In this document: positions 31,485-41,374 of the stretch, piece after piece
Layout: each line of letters begins with the position of its first letter
How positions within the stretch are numbered: the first letter of the stretch is position 1
DNA from: Candidatus Omnitrophota bacterium
Lineage (GTDB): Bacteria > Omnitrophota > Gorgyraeia > Gygaellales > Profunditerraquicolaceae
Direction: 5' to 3'
Assembly: GCA_028716245.1 (NCBI GenBank)
Contig: JAQUQW010000001.1
Span: 232,793-296,792 of the forward strand
DNA length: 64,000 bases
The notes under the pieces: model-generated
What the model saw: the letters and a program-made list of their open reading frames with translations, nothing else
What the model was told of the DNA's origin: nothing
The model's database searches: none
Position numbers and translations under genes: made by a program

Positions 31485-32024
31485 ATGGAGAGAATAAAGA
31501 TGAAGATAGCACTATATTGCAGGGTATCGAAAAATGATGAATCACAGGACCCGGGTAATCAGATTAATCCCTTAAGAGACTATGCCCGGGCCCTCGGGGG
31601 AGAAATTACGCATGAGTATGTTGATATGTCTTCTGGCAGCAATGGCGATCGGAAAGAGTTTCTTAAGATGTTTGATGATGCAGATAAGCGAAAATTTGAC
31701 CTGTTGCTTATTTGGTCGCTTGATAGGTTAAGTAGAGAGGGCATATCAAATACCCTTGGCTATATTGAGCGTCTTAGAAAGAACGGAGTTGCTTTAAGAT
31801 CTCTGCAGGAATCGTGGGTTGATACGAATGATGGGCCCGGGGAAGTAATGATCGCAGTCCTTGCTTGGGTGGCGAAGCAAGAGAGAAAGCGGATCGTAGA
31901 GCGTACTAAAGCAGGCCTTGAGCGCGCAAGAAAAGACGGCAAAAGATTAGGTAGACCGAAAGGCAAGAAAGACAGTAAGCCAAGAAGGAAATCAGGTTAT
32001 CTTTTGAGGTATCATAAAAGATAA
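31485..32024 (+). CDS. Small serine recombinase (resolvase/invertase catalytic domain)
   Basis: IALYCRVSKNDES (catalytic Ser) and ...LLIWSLDRLSREG... are present. The basic C-terminus has no obvious HTH. Start alternatives are 31476, 31485 and 31500. Confidence 0.75.
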   Translation: MERIKMKIALYCRVSKNDESQDPGNQINPLRDYARALGGEITHEYVDMSSGSNGDRKEFLKMFDDADKRKFDLLLIWSLDRLSREGISNTLGYIERLRKNGVALRSLQESWVDTNDGPGEVMIAVLAWVAKQERKRIVERTKAGLERARKDGKRLGRPKGKKDSKPRRKSGYLLRYHKR

Positions 32025-32086
32025 CGAAGTGATATAATAATAAACATGAGATTTCTCTAAAGCATCAAAAATAGTAGTATGATAAA

Positions 32087-32290
32087 ATGACGTATAAAGA
32101 CATTAGGGAGTTCCTAAAGAAACCTACTATAAGGAAAATTCTTTTTTTCCTGTTAGCAGCTATCTTGTTAAGATGGGCAATAAGCTCGGGAACAGCTAAA
32201 TTAAGCAGGTCCTTGTATCGTATAGAAGATTCTTTAAATCAAATCGATAATTCATTGGTCGATATAAATCGAGCAATACTTTTGAAATAG
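32087..32290 (+). CDS. Small hypothetical membrane protein (67 aa)
   Basis: It has one TM helix. Confidence 0.35.
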   Translation: MTYKDIREFLKKPTIRKILFFLLAAILLRWAISSGTAKLSRSLYRIEDSLNQIDNSLVDINRAILLK

Positions 32291-32358
32291 TAAGTTTTCC
32301 CCATATTATCAGAGAAAAAAGACGAGATTACGAAGAAGGTGAGAGAAGGGTTAAAGGA

Positions 32359-33399
32359 ATGCCAAGGAATAGCCGGTATTTGAACCCAACAGTCTGGGGG
32401 GAGATAGTTGAACGTCGCCCCGTTAACTATCCTAAAAAGATAGAAAACAAGATTGCTTCACATTTTCTACCAGACCAGGAAGAATCCGCATTGCAGGAGA
32501 CTAGAGAGTGCGTTTCTCTTTTGGCTGGTAGATTATCTTCAAGTATAGGTTCAAAAAAGGCAACCCCAGAAGAAGTAAATAAACTCGCTGATAAGCTTTT
32601 CTGTGAACTGGATATTGGCCTTAACGATAAACAGAAAAATAACCTCAAGAATTTAATTAAGAATTCACTATCTCAGGAGAGTACATTCGGGAAGGAAATA
32701 GATACTTGGGTTAAAGAAGCAGCACTAAAGGCGATAAAAATCGCGTCCCAAACAAAAACATCTTCATCTATAAAAGAAACAAAAGTAGACTTATCATTAA
32801 TCAGTAAAAGAGCTAAAATTGAAGATTTCTTTTCGGAGAATATAGTAGGTGCTTATAAAGATCCGTTAACCCTCAAACGCACAGAAAGTATTTCTCGATT
32901 TAAGAGATTATATGAGAGTATACAGTCTTTAGAGAAGGAATTAGAGTTTTTCTTGCAACAATCCTCCCACCCAGATACAATTCAACTTAAAAAAGAATTC
33001 CTATGGTTTCCTTATTCATCATTCCCTGAATACGCCAAATCTCTTGGCAGTCAACCTTACACCAATATAACATTACAAGCAGTGGATGATTCAATCTATC
33101 GTCTCAAAATAATATGTGGTAAGCTCATAGATGATCCTGGTAAACCCGGTATAGGTCACCCTGCCATTTTTAAAACTGTTTATGGTTTAGCTGATGTCTG
33201 GAAGAAATATACAGGGAAAGAACCAACCCTTATTAATTATCCTGATTACAGTAAAGGTCCGACTCATGGCCCATTCCTTGATTATCTCAAAGAATCTATT
33301 GAATCCGTTATTCCTTTAGAGAAACATATAAGTCTCCGTAATATCGCCAAAGAAGTCATTTCTCACCGCAAACGTATGGCGAAAACCTCTCCAAAATAG
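32359..33399 (+). CDS. Hypothetical protein (346 aa). Between aa 69 and 128 it carries a ~60-aa module paralogous to one in the 982-aa protein.
   Basis: The segment EEVNKLADKL..LNDKQKNNLKNL...KEAALKAIK aligns with aa 381-439 of ORF 36551-39499. Confidence 0.5.
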   Translation: MPRNSRYLNPTVWGEIVERRPVNYPKKIENKIASHFLPDQEESALQETRECVSLLAGRLSSSIGSKKATPEEVNKLADKLFCELDIGLNDKQKNNLKNLIKNSLSQESTFGKEIDTWVKEAALKAIKIASQTKTSSSIKETKVDLSLISKRAKIEDFFSENIVGAYKDPLTLKRTESISRFKRLYESIQSLEKELEFFLQQSSHPDTIQLKKEFLWFPYSSFPEYAKSLGSQPYTNITLQAVDDSIYRLKIICGKLIDDPGKPGIGHPAIFKTVYGLADVWKKYTGKEPTLINYPDYSKGPTHGPFLDYLKESIESVIPLEKHISLRNIAKEVISHRKRMAKTSPK

Positions 33400-33523
33400 C
33401 CACAAAAAACACCATTATCTAAGATTGAAAGAATTAATTATAATTTAGCCGTGATGATTGAATAAATCAAAACGGTTTTTTTATTTAGAACTCTTCTAAG
33501 TTTTAAACTGGTAGGAGAATCGA

Positions 33524-33733
33524 ATGAAAAAAGAGAAGCGAATCAAGAATAGAACGAGCGTAGAAAGCATTCTGGCAGAAGCGGGTTTCTACGGCCTGAC
33601 TGAAAAAGACCTTGCTAACAGAGAAAAATTGGATGAGGTCTGTATCCGTCTCAATGCAGATGTTCAACTCAAAAAGAAGCATCAACCATTATATTTCGCC
33701 CAAATGTCCTCTAAACCTGTAGTAGGTGGTTAA
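33524..33733 (+). CDS. Hypothetical protein (69 aa)
   Basis: ORF with RBS GGTAGGAG. Confidence 0.35.
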   Translation: MKKEKRIKNRTSVESILAEAGFYGLTEKDLANREKLDEVCIRLNADVQLKKKHQPLYFAQMSSKPVVGG

Positions 33734-33734
33734 T

Positions 33735-34238
33735 ATGCAAACAGTGCAAGAGCGGAAATATTATTATAAATCAAAACTCGCATTAGTCAGAGATGCGGAA
33801 ATAAGTGACGTATTCCAGTTGGCAAGCAATGTGCGTGAAGCGGATATCCGAGAGATATGGAAATCACACCATATGACTCCAGAGACAGCTCTTCTGGGTG
33901 GGTTCCAAGAATCTGAATTATGTTTTACCATAGAGCGCAACGAAAAGGCGATCGCAATGCTGGGAATTTGCCCTCAGACTTTACTTGGCAATTCTGCAAT
34001 CATCTGGCTTCTGGCTTCTCCGGAATTGGAGAAAATACAAAGAGCCTTCATAAAGCGTTCAAGATATTTTATAAAAGGAATGCTTCAACGCTACCCCATG
34101 TTAGAGAACTGGGTAGACATGCAGAACGTTCAGTCTATTAAATGGCTCCGCTGGTGCGGGGCCAAGATAGAAGAACCAAAACCTTATGGTATCGAAGGCA
34201 AGCTATTTTGTTATTTCTATTTTAGGAGGACATTATAA
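33735..34238 (+). CDS. Hypothetical protein (about 167 aa)
   Basis: The ATG at 33735 follows GGTGG. No recognisable family. Confidence 0.45.
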   Translation: MQTVQERKYYYKSKLALVRDAEISDVFQLASNVREADIREIWKSHHMTPETALLGGFQESELCFTIERNEKAIAMLGICPQTLLGNSAIIWLLASPELEKIQRAFIKRSRYFIKGMLQRYPMLENWVDMQNVQSIKWLRWCGAKIEEPKPYGIEGKLFCYFYFRRTL

Positions 34239-34903
34239 TGTGTGTTTTTGCCGCGGCAATACCGATAGCAACTGCTTTCGCAACAAGCGCAGCAGGTGTC
34301 ACTACGGCCGTAGCGGGAACAGCCGGGATGACCGCTGCCGCAGCAACAGCAGCTAACTTAACATTAGCGGCAGCAGGTTTAGCCGCTGCAAGCGGAGGTT
34401 TATCGGCCTACGGTGCGTACCAACAAGGCCAGTCTCAAGACAAATATTACAAATATTTAGCCGACCAAAACGCCCGCGAAGCAGAAGCAGCGGTAAAAAC
34501 TGCAGATCAGCAAACAACTATACTGCAGAATGAGGCAGCCCAAAAAAGTAAAGAATTAGCAGGAGATATCAAGACTGTTAAAGGTGCTCAGAAAGCGGCC
34601 ATGGGGGCCTTGGGGATCTATGGGGTCACAGCTGACGACATCTTAGGAGACACCACAAACAAAGCTAAGCTTGATGCTGCCAACATCCGCTACAATGCTG
34701 ACATTCAGTCCTGGGCTGTAAAAAAAGAGGCGGCCGAAAAGGGGTGGGCATTGAATAGTCAGGGCAACCTATTTAGAGCGGCTGGCCAACAAGCAAAAAC
34801 AGCTTCATATTTAAACATAGGTACCACTTTGCTAGGGACTGCCGCATCGATAACGGGAATAGACGCATTTAACAAACGCTGGTACCCAGGTAAATTATAT
34901 TGA
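34238..34903 (+). CDS. Hypothetical Ala/Gly/Thr-rich protein with a hydrophobic N-terminus (221 aa). It may be a phage internal/ejection-type protein.
   Basis: N-terminus MCVFAAAIPIATAFATSAAGVTTAVAGTAGMTAAAATAANLTLAAAGLAAASGG followed by a Q/K/A-rich region. The function call is by composition only. Confidence 0.35.
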   Translation: MCVFAAAIPIATAFATSAAGVTTAVAGTAGMTAAAATAANLTLAAAGLAAASGGLSAYGAYQQGQSQDKYYKYLADQNAREAEAAVKTADQQTTILQNEAAQKSKELAGDIKTVKGAQKAAMGALGIYGVTADDILGDTTNKAKLDAANIRYNADIQSWAVKKEAAEKGWALNSQGNLFRAAGQQAKTASYLNIGTTLLGTAASITGIDAFNKRWYPGKLY

Positions 34904-34913
34904 GAGAAATAAC

Positions 34914-36389
34914 ATGAGTATAAAAGTAGTTCCATACGAAAGACAGATTAATAGAGTAACCCCGAGCATATCGGCGCCTCAAGAATTAAGACCGCCCCCG
35001 GGAGCCTTTGGAACAGACGTTGCCGAAGCAACTACTAAACTTGGCGAGACAGGGATGAAGATAGCCAGTCTTATAATTCAAAGAGCACAGGAACGTCAAA
35101 AAGAATTAATGGTAAGGGATAACCTGAATAAAGATACTGCATTTGGTCAAACGATGATGGATGTTCAATACAATAATGAATTAGATGATAGTGGTAAGCC
35201 TAAGGGATTACTAAACCGAAAATTAGAACAAGTTCATGGGATAACCCAGGAATTCAATCAGACATATTATACAATGAGAAAGCAACTCCTTGATGGTGTT
35301 AAAGATCCGGAGCAGCAAGATGCTTTAGCCAAAATGCTTGATTCCAGATTTGAGTCTATTCAAAGTAGGGTAGCCAATCATGAACGTCAGCAAACGGATG
35401 AGAGTATCAAGGTTGCTCACGAATCCAGCCAAGTTCTCCAGGAAAATGATGCTGCACAACTGCGAGACACTCCATCGTTGATTAATGCAATAGGTAAAGC
35501 TGTAGTTTTCAATGACGATTATAATCGGTTTATGGGCTATGACGAGAATACCGCACAAGTAAAGAACGGCGAGGTAGCAACTAAAATAGTAAAATCAGCG
35601 GTATTGGCTACTTTCAATACAAATGGCCTTCTGCCGGCGCAAAGACTTTTAAATGATGTGCAAGATAGGATTCCAAAATCTGCTTTCGATGATTTAAGTA
35701 AACAAATCGAGATAGACGCGAAGCAAACTACTGAACGGGCGAGATTCCAAGCAATGGTTGCTCAGGATCAGACTGAATCGGGTTTGATAGATAAATACTT
35801 TAAAGGCGAGCTTACCAGAGACGAGGTTAAACAACTCCACTTTAATAAAAAAATATCCGATGGATTTGCAACGACGATGATGAATAATCTGAATAGTTTA
35901 CAAAAAATAGGGGCAAAAACCAAAGCAAGTACTTTTAATGATATTGCGGAGATGATGGTTGACACAACAAAGAAGCCAGCAGATATCAGGATGAAACTTT
36001 TGCAAAAAAACGCTACTGGTGAATTAACAGATAATGACTTTCAGGTTTTGTATACTTTCAATCAAAGCGTAACCAAAGATACAGTTGACAAATCCCTACC
36101 TAAACGTACCTGGTTACAGCGGTTATTTAATAACGGTAAAGATACTGGATTAAGGCAGGAAGTAATAACCGATATGTTCAAGCAATATATGCAAAGAGTA
36201 AACACTGGCGAAGATCCGGCAAGGGCAGTAAGCGAAATAATCTCTACTCATCTGGACAATCATTTAGCAGAAGAAGCAAAGAAACCTAATAGGCAATATG
36301 CTGTTAATCCGGCCACAAAACAAAAGATATATTCTGAAGATGGCGGATTGACTTGGTATGACGAAAAAACTAATAAGCCGATAAAATAA
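34914..36389 (+). CDS. Hypothetical protein (491 aa)
   Basis: Long predicted-helical, charged protein. No recognisable family. Confidence 0.45.
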   Translation: MSIKVVPYERQINRVTPSISAPQELRPPPGAFGTDVAEATTKLGETGMKIASLIIQRAQERQKELMVRDNLNKDTAFGQTMMDVQYNNELDDSGKPKGLLNRKLEQVHGITQEFNQTYYTMRKQLLDGVKDPEQQDALAKMLDSRFESIQSRVANHERQQTDESIKVAHESSQVLQENDAAQLRDTPSLINAIGKAVVFNDDYNRFMGYDENTAQVKNGEVATKIVKSAVLATFNTNGLLPAQRLLNDVQDRIPKSAFDDLSKQIEIDAKQTTERARFQAMVAQDQTESGLIDKYFKGELTRDEVKQLHFNKKISDGFATTMMNNLNSLQKIGAKTKASTFNDIAEMMVDTTKKPADIRMKLLQKNATGELTDNDFQVLYTFNQSVTKDTVDKSLPKRTWLQRLFNNGKDTGLRQEVITDMFKQYMQRVNTGEDPARAVSEIISTHLDNHLAEEAKKPNRQYAVNPATKQKIYSEDGGLTWYDEKTNKPIK

Positions 36390-36550
36390 AATGTTTGGCC
36401 AAGAAACCGAATTAATATGACACACCTTTATCCCTTAGATGACTGGATAGAACATAAACTTGAAGGGACTGGATGTGTGTGCGAGCCGAGACTTGAGATA
36501 GAAGACGGAGAAATGATAGTGATACATAACGCAGCAGACGGAAGAGAAAA

Positions 36551-39499
36551 ATGTCCATACCCGCTGGTTTTGAATTAGAGGAACAGGCAGCAGTTACCCC
36601 GGAAGCCTCAGGAGTAGAAACGGCCACGGCATCTTTGCCTTCTGGTTTTGTTCAGGAAGATAAGGTTATCCCCGAAATTAGACAGGCGCCTCAATCCGGA
36701 ATGTTTGATAAGATGATAAATTTCTTTAAAGACCCTGAAAGAGATGTTGCAAAAGCACAGAATATCTATGCTTTATCGGATGTTACGGGATTACCCTTAA
36801 GCGAAGTAAATAAGAATTATGAAGTATTGCGCCGTTCCGTAAAAGTTACCGGCATTACTCCTGATTTGGATAGAAAAGAATTTATGGGGATGGCTATGCT
36901 TCCTGCAGTGGCCGCAGGTGCGGTAACTAATCCAATAGGCACAGCTGCTGGATTGATTGCTTTCGGGGCCTTGGATAAGGCAATCCCTACTGATAAGCTC
37001 ATAAATAATTTAAAAGAACAAGGAATTAGCGACGAGGTAACTACGACCATAGAATTGGCCGACTTTATCGGTAAGGCTATGATTGTGGGCGGTGTATTTA
37101 ATAAAGCCCCTAAATTAGCAGAGGGATTTTTAAGACATAAAATTACCGGCTATAAAATGCCAAATACTATAAATTTATCTGCCGAGCAAGTAAGAGATAT
37201 ATATCAAACAGGTAGGTTAACTACTCCTGAGCAGCAATCTTTATTCGGTAGTTTGGGATTAAATAGTTATGATACGCGTGGGGCATTAGAACACGGGATA
37301 AATATCAATATGCCGGCAGAAAAGATTGTTACATTAACAGATAAGCCTTATTGGGCTAAAGTTAAGGGTATTTTTGGGGCCGAGCCCGCTGTTGAAACAA
37401 GAGTAGATATAGCAGGAAAACCCATCCAGGCCCCAGCGGGTTTAATTGAAGGTAAAGTTGAAACGCCTATACCTGCCATAAAACCGCCTGATTTATCCAC
37501 CGAGCAAAGCAAAATAGATTTTATGGCCCAGAAGATCAATGAACATAAAGCCCTTTCTACTGAAGAAATTTATAACCGCGCAGAGGTATTAAGTAGGAAT
37601 ATGGAAAATTGGACGGAAGAGCAGGGATTAGAAGCCGAGGTTCTTAATAGAGAGTTAAACCGGCGCGAAGCTAAAGAGCCAATAAAAATATCCGATGAAG
37701 AAGTAGATGAACTTACCGATAAACTTTCTGCGAAATTGGATGTTACTCTTACCGAAGACCAAAAAAATAACCTGGAGGATCTCTCCAGAGAGATGCTTGC
37801 GCAGGATAAAGTATCAGGAGAAAAAGTAGATAAGAGATATAAAGAGGCGGCATTAAAGGCGATAAAAGAAAAAAACATCATTACGGGGAAACCGCCAATA
37901 GAGCCTCCAAAGGTCATAGAAGGGCAACCACAACAACCCTCTGGTGATCCCGTCCAGAAAGTTATCTCTGTACTTAAGGAAGCTAAATCAGTAAGAGGAA
38001 CACAGGAAACTCTCTATGCTAAAGCCCGCGCTCAGAAGTTCGCCAAGATGCTGGCGGTAGGGAAAAAGGTAAGAGGGGAAAAAGGTTATTATGCACAATT
38101 AGGAGCGTTGAAGGGTGAGTTGCCTAAAGCCGAATTTGAGGCGATCCGTAATAAGCTTACTCAAGAAGACATAGATATTCTTTTTAATATGGTTAAGGAT
38201 AGCCCAAAAATAGGCGAATGGGATAAATTATCAGCCAGGGAAGGCCTTGGAAAGTTATTCGGAGAATATGGCGGCAAGGTCCCTACGGAGAACGAAGTAT
38301 CTTTGCTTAATAAAGTATTCGGTGAGGAATTTACAAAAGCTATTTTAGAAAAGAAACCTTTATTTGAGAAAGTAAAATATGTTTTGAATCAGACAATAAA
38401 CATTCCTAAATCCATCATGGCTTCTTACGATTTATCTGCTCCGTTTAGACAGGGGATATTTTTAATTGGAAAACCTAAACAATTCTGGGGTTCATTTAAG
38501 CGTATGTTTGGGGCCTTTAAGAGCGAAGTCGCGTTTAACGCAATCCAAGACACAATTATTAAAGACCCTGATTTTCAATTAGCCCGCGACAGCAAGCTTT
38601 CTCTTACGGACATGGATGTTTTACTCGGCGAAAGAGAAGAGGCATTTTTATCAAGTTGGGCTGAAAAAATACCTCTTGTCGGGATAGGTATTAAGGCCTC
38701 TAATCGGGCCTATGTAGGTTTTCTTAATAAATTAAGATTTGATGTTTTTAAGGATTTAGTAGATAAGGCAGAATTATCTGGACTTAAAGCACGAGAGAAT
38801 AGGGATTTATCAATGGCGATAGCAGATTTTGTTAATAACGCTACCGGCAGAGGAACGCTTCCGGGCGGGTTACAAAAGGCATCAGTAACACTTAATTCTT
38901 TTTTCTTCTCTCCGCGGCTCGTTATGTCAAGGATAAATCTCCTTAATCCTGTTTATTATATTAAGCAGGACCCTTTTGTCAGAAAGGAAGCCTTAAAATC
39001 TCTGTTGGCTTTTTTAGGATTCGGGGTAACCGTTTTGACTTTAGCAAAGATGGCAGGATCAGAGGTTGGCACAGATCCCAAGAGTTCAGATTTTGGTAAG
39101 GTAAAGATAGGTAATACTCGCATCGATGTCTGGGGTGGTTTTCAGCAATTATCTGTAATGGCCTCTCGGATTATAACTGGCAAGATTGTCAGTTCTACCA
39201 CAGGCAAGGAGATGACTTTAGGCGAAGGCTATAAGCCGATGACAAGGGCTGATATTATTCAGCACTTTATCGAATCAAAAGAATCTCCAGTAGCCTCGTT
39301 CATTACTTCTTTATTAAAGGGCCAGGATGCAACCGGACAAAAGATAGATATACCAAAAGAGATAGGACAAAGATTCGTTCCAATGGTTATTCAAGATATG
39401 TACGATATTTTGCAGGAAGCGCCCGGGTTATTGCCAGTTTCTTTATTGGGAATATTTGGAGTGGGGATTCAGACTTATAAACAAGGAACTTATCGGTAA
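36551..39499 (+). CDS. Large hypothetical protein (982 aa) with C-terminal TM segments. It shares a module with ORF 32359-33399.
   Basis: Largest ORF in the element. The C-terminal hydrophobic stretch is LLAFLGFGVTVLTLAKMAG. No recognisable catalytic motifs. Confidence 0.5.
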   Translation: MSIPAGFELEEQAAVTPEASGVETATASLPSGFVQEDKVIPEIRQAPQSGMFDKMINFFKDPERDVAKAQNIYALSDVTGLPLSEVNKNYEVLRRSVKVTGITPDLDRKEFMGMAMLPAVAAGAVTNPIGTAAGLIAFGALDKAIPTDKLINNLKEQGISDEVTTTIELADFIGKAMIVGGVFNKAPKLAEGFLRHKITGYKMPNTINLSAEQVRDIYQTGRLTTPEQQSLFGSLGLNSYDTRGALEHGININMPAEKIVTLTDKPYWAKVKGIFGAEPAVETRVDIAGKPIQAPAGLIEGKVETPIPAIKPPDLSTEQSKIDFMAQKINEHKALSTEEIYNRAEVLSRNMENWTEEQGLEAEVLNRELNRREAKEPIKISDEEVDELTDKLSAKLDVTLTEDQKNNLEDLSREMLAQDKVSGEKVDKRYKEAALKAIKEKNIITGKPPIEPPKVIEGQPQQPSGDPVQKVISVLKEAKSVRGTQETLYAKARAQKFAKMLAVGKKVRGEKGYYAQLGALKGELPKAEFEAIRNKLTQEDIDILFNMVKDSPKIGEWDKLSAREGLGKLFGEYGGKVPTENEVSLLNKVFGEEFTKAILEKKPLFEKVKYVLNQTINIPKSIMASYDLSAPFRQGIFLIGKPKQFWGSFKRMFGAFKSEVAFNAIQDTIIKDPDFQLARDSKLSLTDMDVLLGEREEAFLSSWAEKIPLVGIGIKASNRAYVGFLNKLRFDVFKDLVDKAELSGLKARENRDLSMAIADFVNNATGRGTLPGGLQKASVTLNSFFFSPRLVMSRINLLNPVYYIKQDPFVRKEALKSLLAFLGFGVTVLTLAKMAGSEVGTDPKSSDFGKVKIGNTRIDVWGGFQQLSVMASRIITGKIVSSTTGKEMTLGEGYKPMTRADIIQHFIESKESPVASFITSLLKGQDATGQKIDIPKEIGQRFVPMVIQDMYDILQEAPGLLPVSLLGIFGVGIQTYKQGTYR

Positions 39500-39661
39500 A
39501 CAGGTGGCGGTAGCTTTATTATATGTTGGAGTAGCCAGATGATACCCAAAATTAAAGTAAGCTTAACCAGGAATTCTTTAGACCATATTTTTTGTAGTAG
39601 AAGCTTAATTTTCATCACGCTTTTAATATAGCAGGGATCCTTAATTATTGCAATAAAGAAA

Positions 39662-39928
39662 ATGAGTAGAGCCAAAGAAAAAGTAGGAAAACGTAAGTCA
39701 GTAATTGAGAAAGTTCGCATATGCTGCCCGGGCAAGATTTCTGCGCTTGAGCGATCTAAGCTTCATGCGCAAAACCTGCTTAACAAAGTAATTCCTTTTG
39801 AGATTTGGAGCACAACTGAGAAAAGGACGGAATCAGAGATTAAAGTATATTGGTTAGTAGTAAACGGACTTAAGAAGATTACCAAAGAAGGGCAGCCAGA
39901 GGAGTTAAAATGTCACGGCAGAAATTAA
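39662..39928 (+). CDS. Hypothetical protein (88 aa)
   Basis: ORF overlapping the terS start. No recognisable family. Confidence 0.35.
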   Translation: MSRAKEKVGKRKSVIEKVRICCPGKISALERSKLHAQNLLNKVIPFEIWSTTEKRTESEIKVYWLVVNGLKKITKEGQPEELKCHGRN

Positions 39929-40347
39929 CTTCACGACAAAAGAAGTTTGTTGATTTATACGAAGGTAACGCTACTAAGGCGGCTATTAAGGCTGGATATT
40001 CAAAGAGAACGGCTTATTCAATAGGCCAGGAGAACCTGAAGAAACCTGAAGTCATAAAAGCTCTGCAGGAGCGTGAAAAAAAGGAAACAGGTCCCTTAAT
40101 AGCTGACAGGATAGAACGACAGCAGTTTTGGACTTCTGTATTAAGAGGCAAGATAGGAAAGGTTAGGAAAGTTAAGATGAATGACAGACTGAAAGCTTCA
40201 GAATTGCTGGGGAAGAGTGAAGCTGATTTTACGGAAAAGGTTTCGCATGAAGGCTTAAATAACCTGGCTGAGGAACTCAAAGCAGCTCGCTTAAGGAGCG
40301 GCCAAACTCAGCCATGCCAGACATCGCGGTCCACGAAGAACAAATAA
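39910..40347 (+). CDS. terS: Phage terminase small subunit (Terminase_2/P27 family)
   Basis: LTSRQKKFVDLYEGNATKAAIKAGYSKRTAYSIGQENLKKPEVIKALQE matches the Terminase_2 N-terminal HTH consensus. Confidence 0.8.
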   Translation: MSRQKLTSRQKKFVDLYEGNATKAAIKAGYSKRTAYSIGQENLKKPEVIKALQEREKKETGPLIADRIERQQFWTSVLRGKIGKVRKVKMNDRLKASELLGKSEADFTEKVSHEGLNNLAEELKAARLRSGQTQPCQTSRSTKNK

Positions 40348-40395
40348 AATTAGAGAATCAGTATTAAAAAGAGAAGCGCGACAGAGAGAAATAAG

Positions 40396-40698
40396 ATGAA
40401 GAAAAGCACACCCACAAATAGCCCTAAAGTTTTTAGGTCAATAAGCCTCCAGCTGGCCGCAGCGCTCCTTACGGATATCTCCGAAGCGACCTTTATCGGT
40501 CTCGAAAACAACACCTTAGAAAAAGATAGAAAGGTAATCTTAATAGCTTACCCGGAGTCAGCGGAGCTCGGGTTCAAAAGGGTACTTGATGAGTTTGAGA
40601 GTAAGACTTTATGCGTAAACCTGTTTTATTATAACCGGAATCTTAATTTTCTTAGGGACCGGATATTCAACAGGAAGGTGGATAGAAAAATTGGCTAA
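40396..40698 (+). CDS. Hypothetical protein (100 aa)
   Basis: ORF only. Confidence 0.35.
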   Translation: MKKSTPTNSPKVFRSISLQLAAALLTDISEATFIGLENNTLEKDRKVILIAYPESAELGFKRVLDEFESKTLCVNLFYYNRNLNFLRDRIFNRKVDRKIG

Positions 40699-41299
40699 TC
40701 CACAGAAAGAAAACGGACATACCGATATCGCAAATGAGATAGTTGAAATCTTGGCAAGGATAAATTTCAGGCCTTATGAATCCCGTACGCTTTGGGCTCT
40801 TTGGCGGAAAACCTGGGGATGGCATAAAAAAGAAGACAAGATCAGCTTAACGCAATTTCAGGCATTAACAGGATTGGAAAGAAGACACCAGCATAAGGCA
40901 TTAAAGACACTTATCGAAAAAAATATCATTACCCGCAATACGGATAGCTATGTTGTAAGCTATAGTTTCCAAAAGGATTATACCCGTTGGAAAGTAGTGC
41001 TTAAACAAGCACCAGTTAGTGATGTTCTAAGTAGTGCATATTTGAGCACTACCCCAGTGCTTAAACAAGCACCAAAAGTAGTGCCTAAATCGGCACCCAC
41101 AAAAGAAAATAAAGAAACTATACAAAAGAAAGGTAATTTTTCTAATCATCTTTTAATTTTTAAAACCCAGATTATTCAATTAGCGGAGCAGTATTCCGGA
41201 AACATAGATCTAATTAAGCAGCATCTTTTTAAAGATGGCTATACTGAAAAGCAGATAGAGGAAGCCTTGAATAAGTATATTACTACAATTAGCAAATAA
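40691..41299 (+). CDS. Phage replication initiator, lambda O-like N-terminal domain protein
   Basis: HTDIANEIVEILARINFRPYESRTLWALWRKTWGWHKKEDKISLTQFQALTGLERRHQHKALKTLIEKNII matches Phage_rep_O. Confidence 0.8.
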   Translation: MANPQKENGHTDIANEIVEILARINFRPYESRTLWALWRKTWGWHKKEDKISLTQFQALTGLERRHQHKALKTLIEKNIITRNTDSYVVSYSFQKDYTRWKVVLKQAPVSDVLSSAYLSTTPVLKQAPKVVPKSAPTKENKETIQKKGNFSNHLLIFKTQIIQLAEQYSGNIDLIKQHLFKDGYTEKQIEEALNKYITTISK

Positions 41300-41374
41300 T
41301 CCTCCCAGCTAAGGTATAGGTATTTTGTAGGGAGGAAAGTAATAAAAACTAGGGTTAAATAAACGACCGATTAT

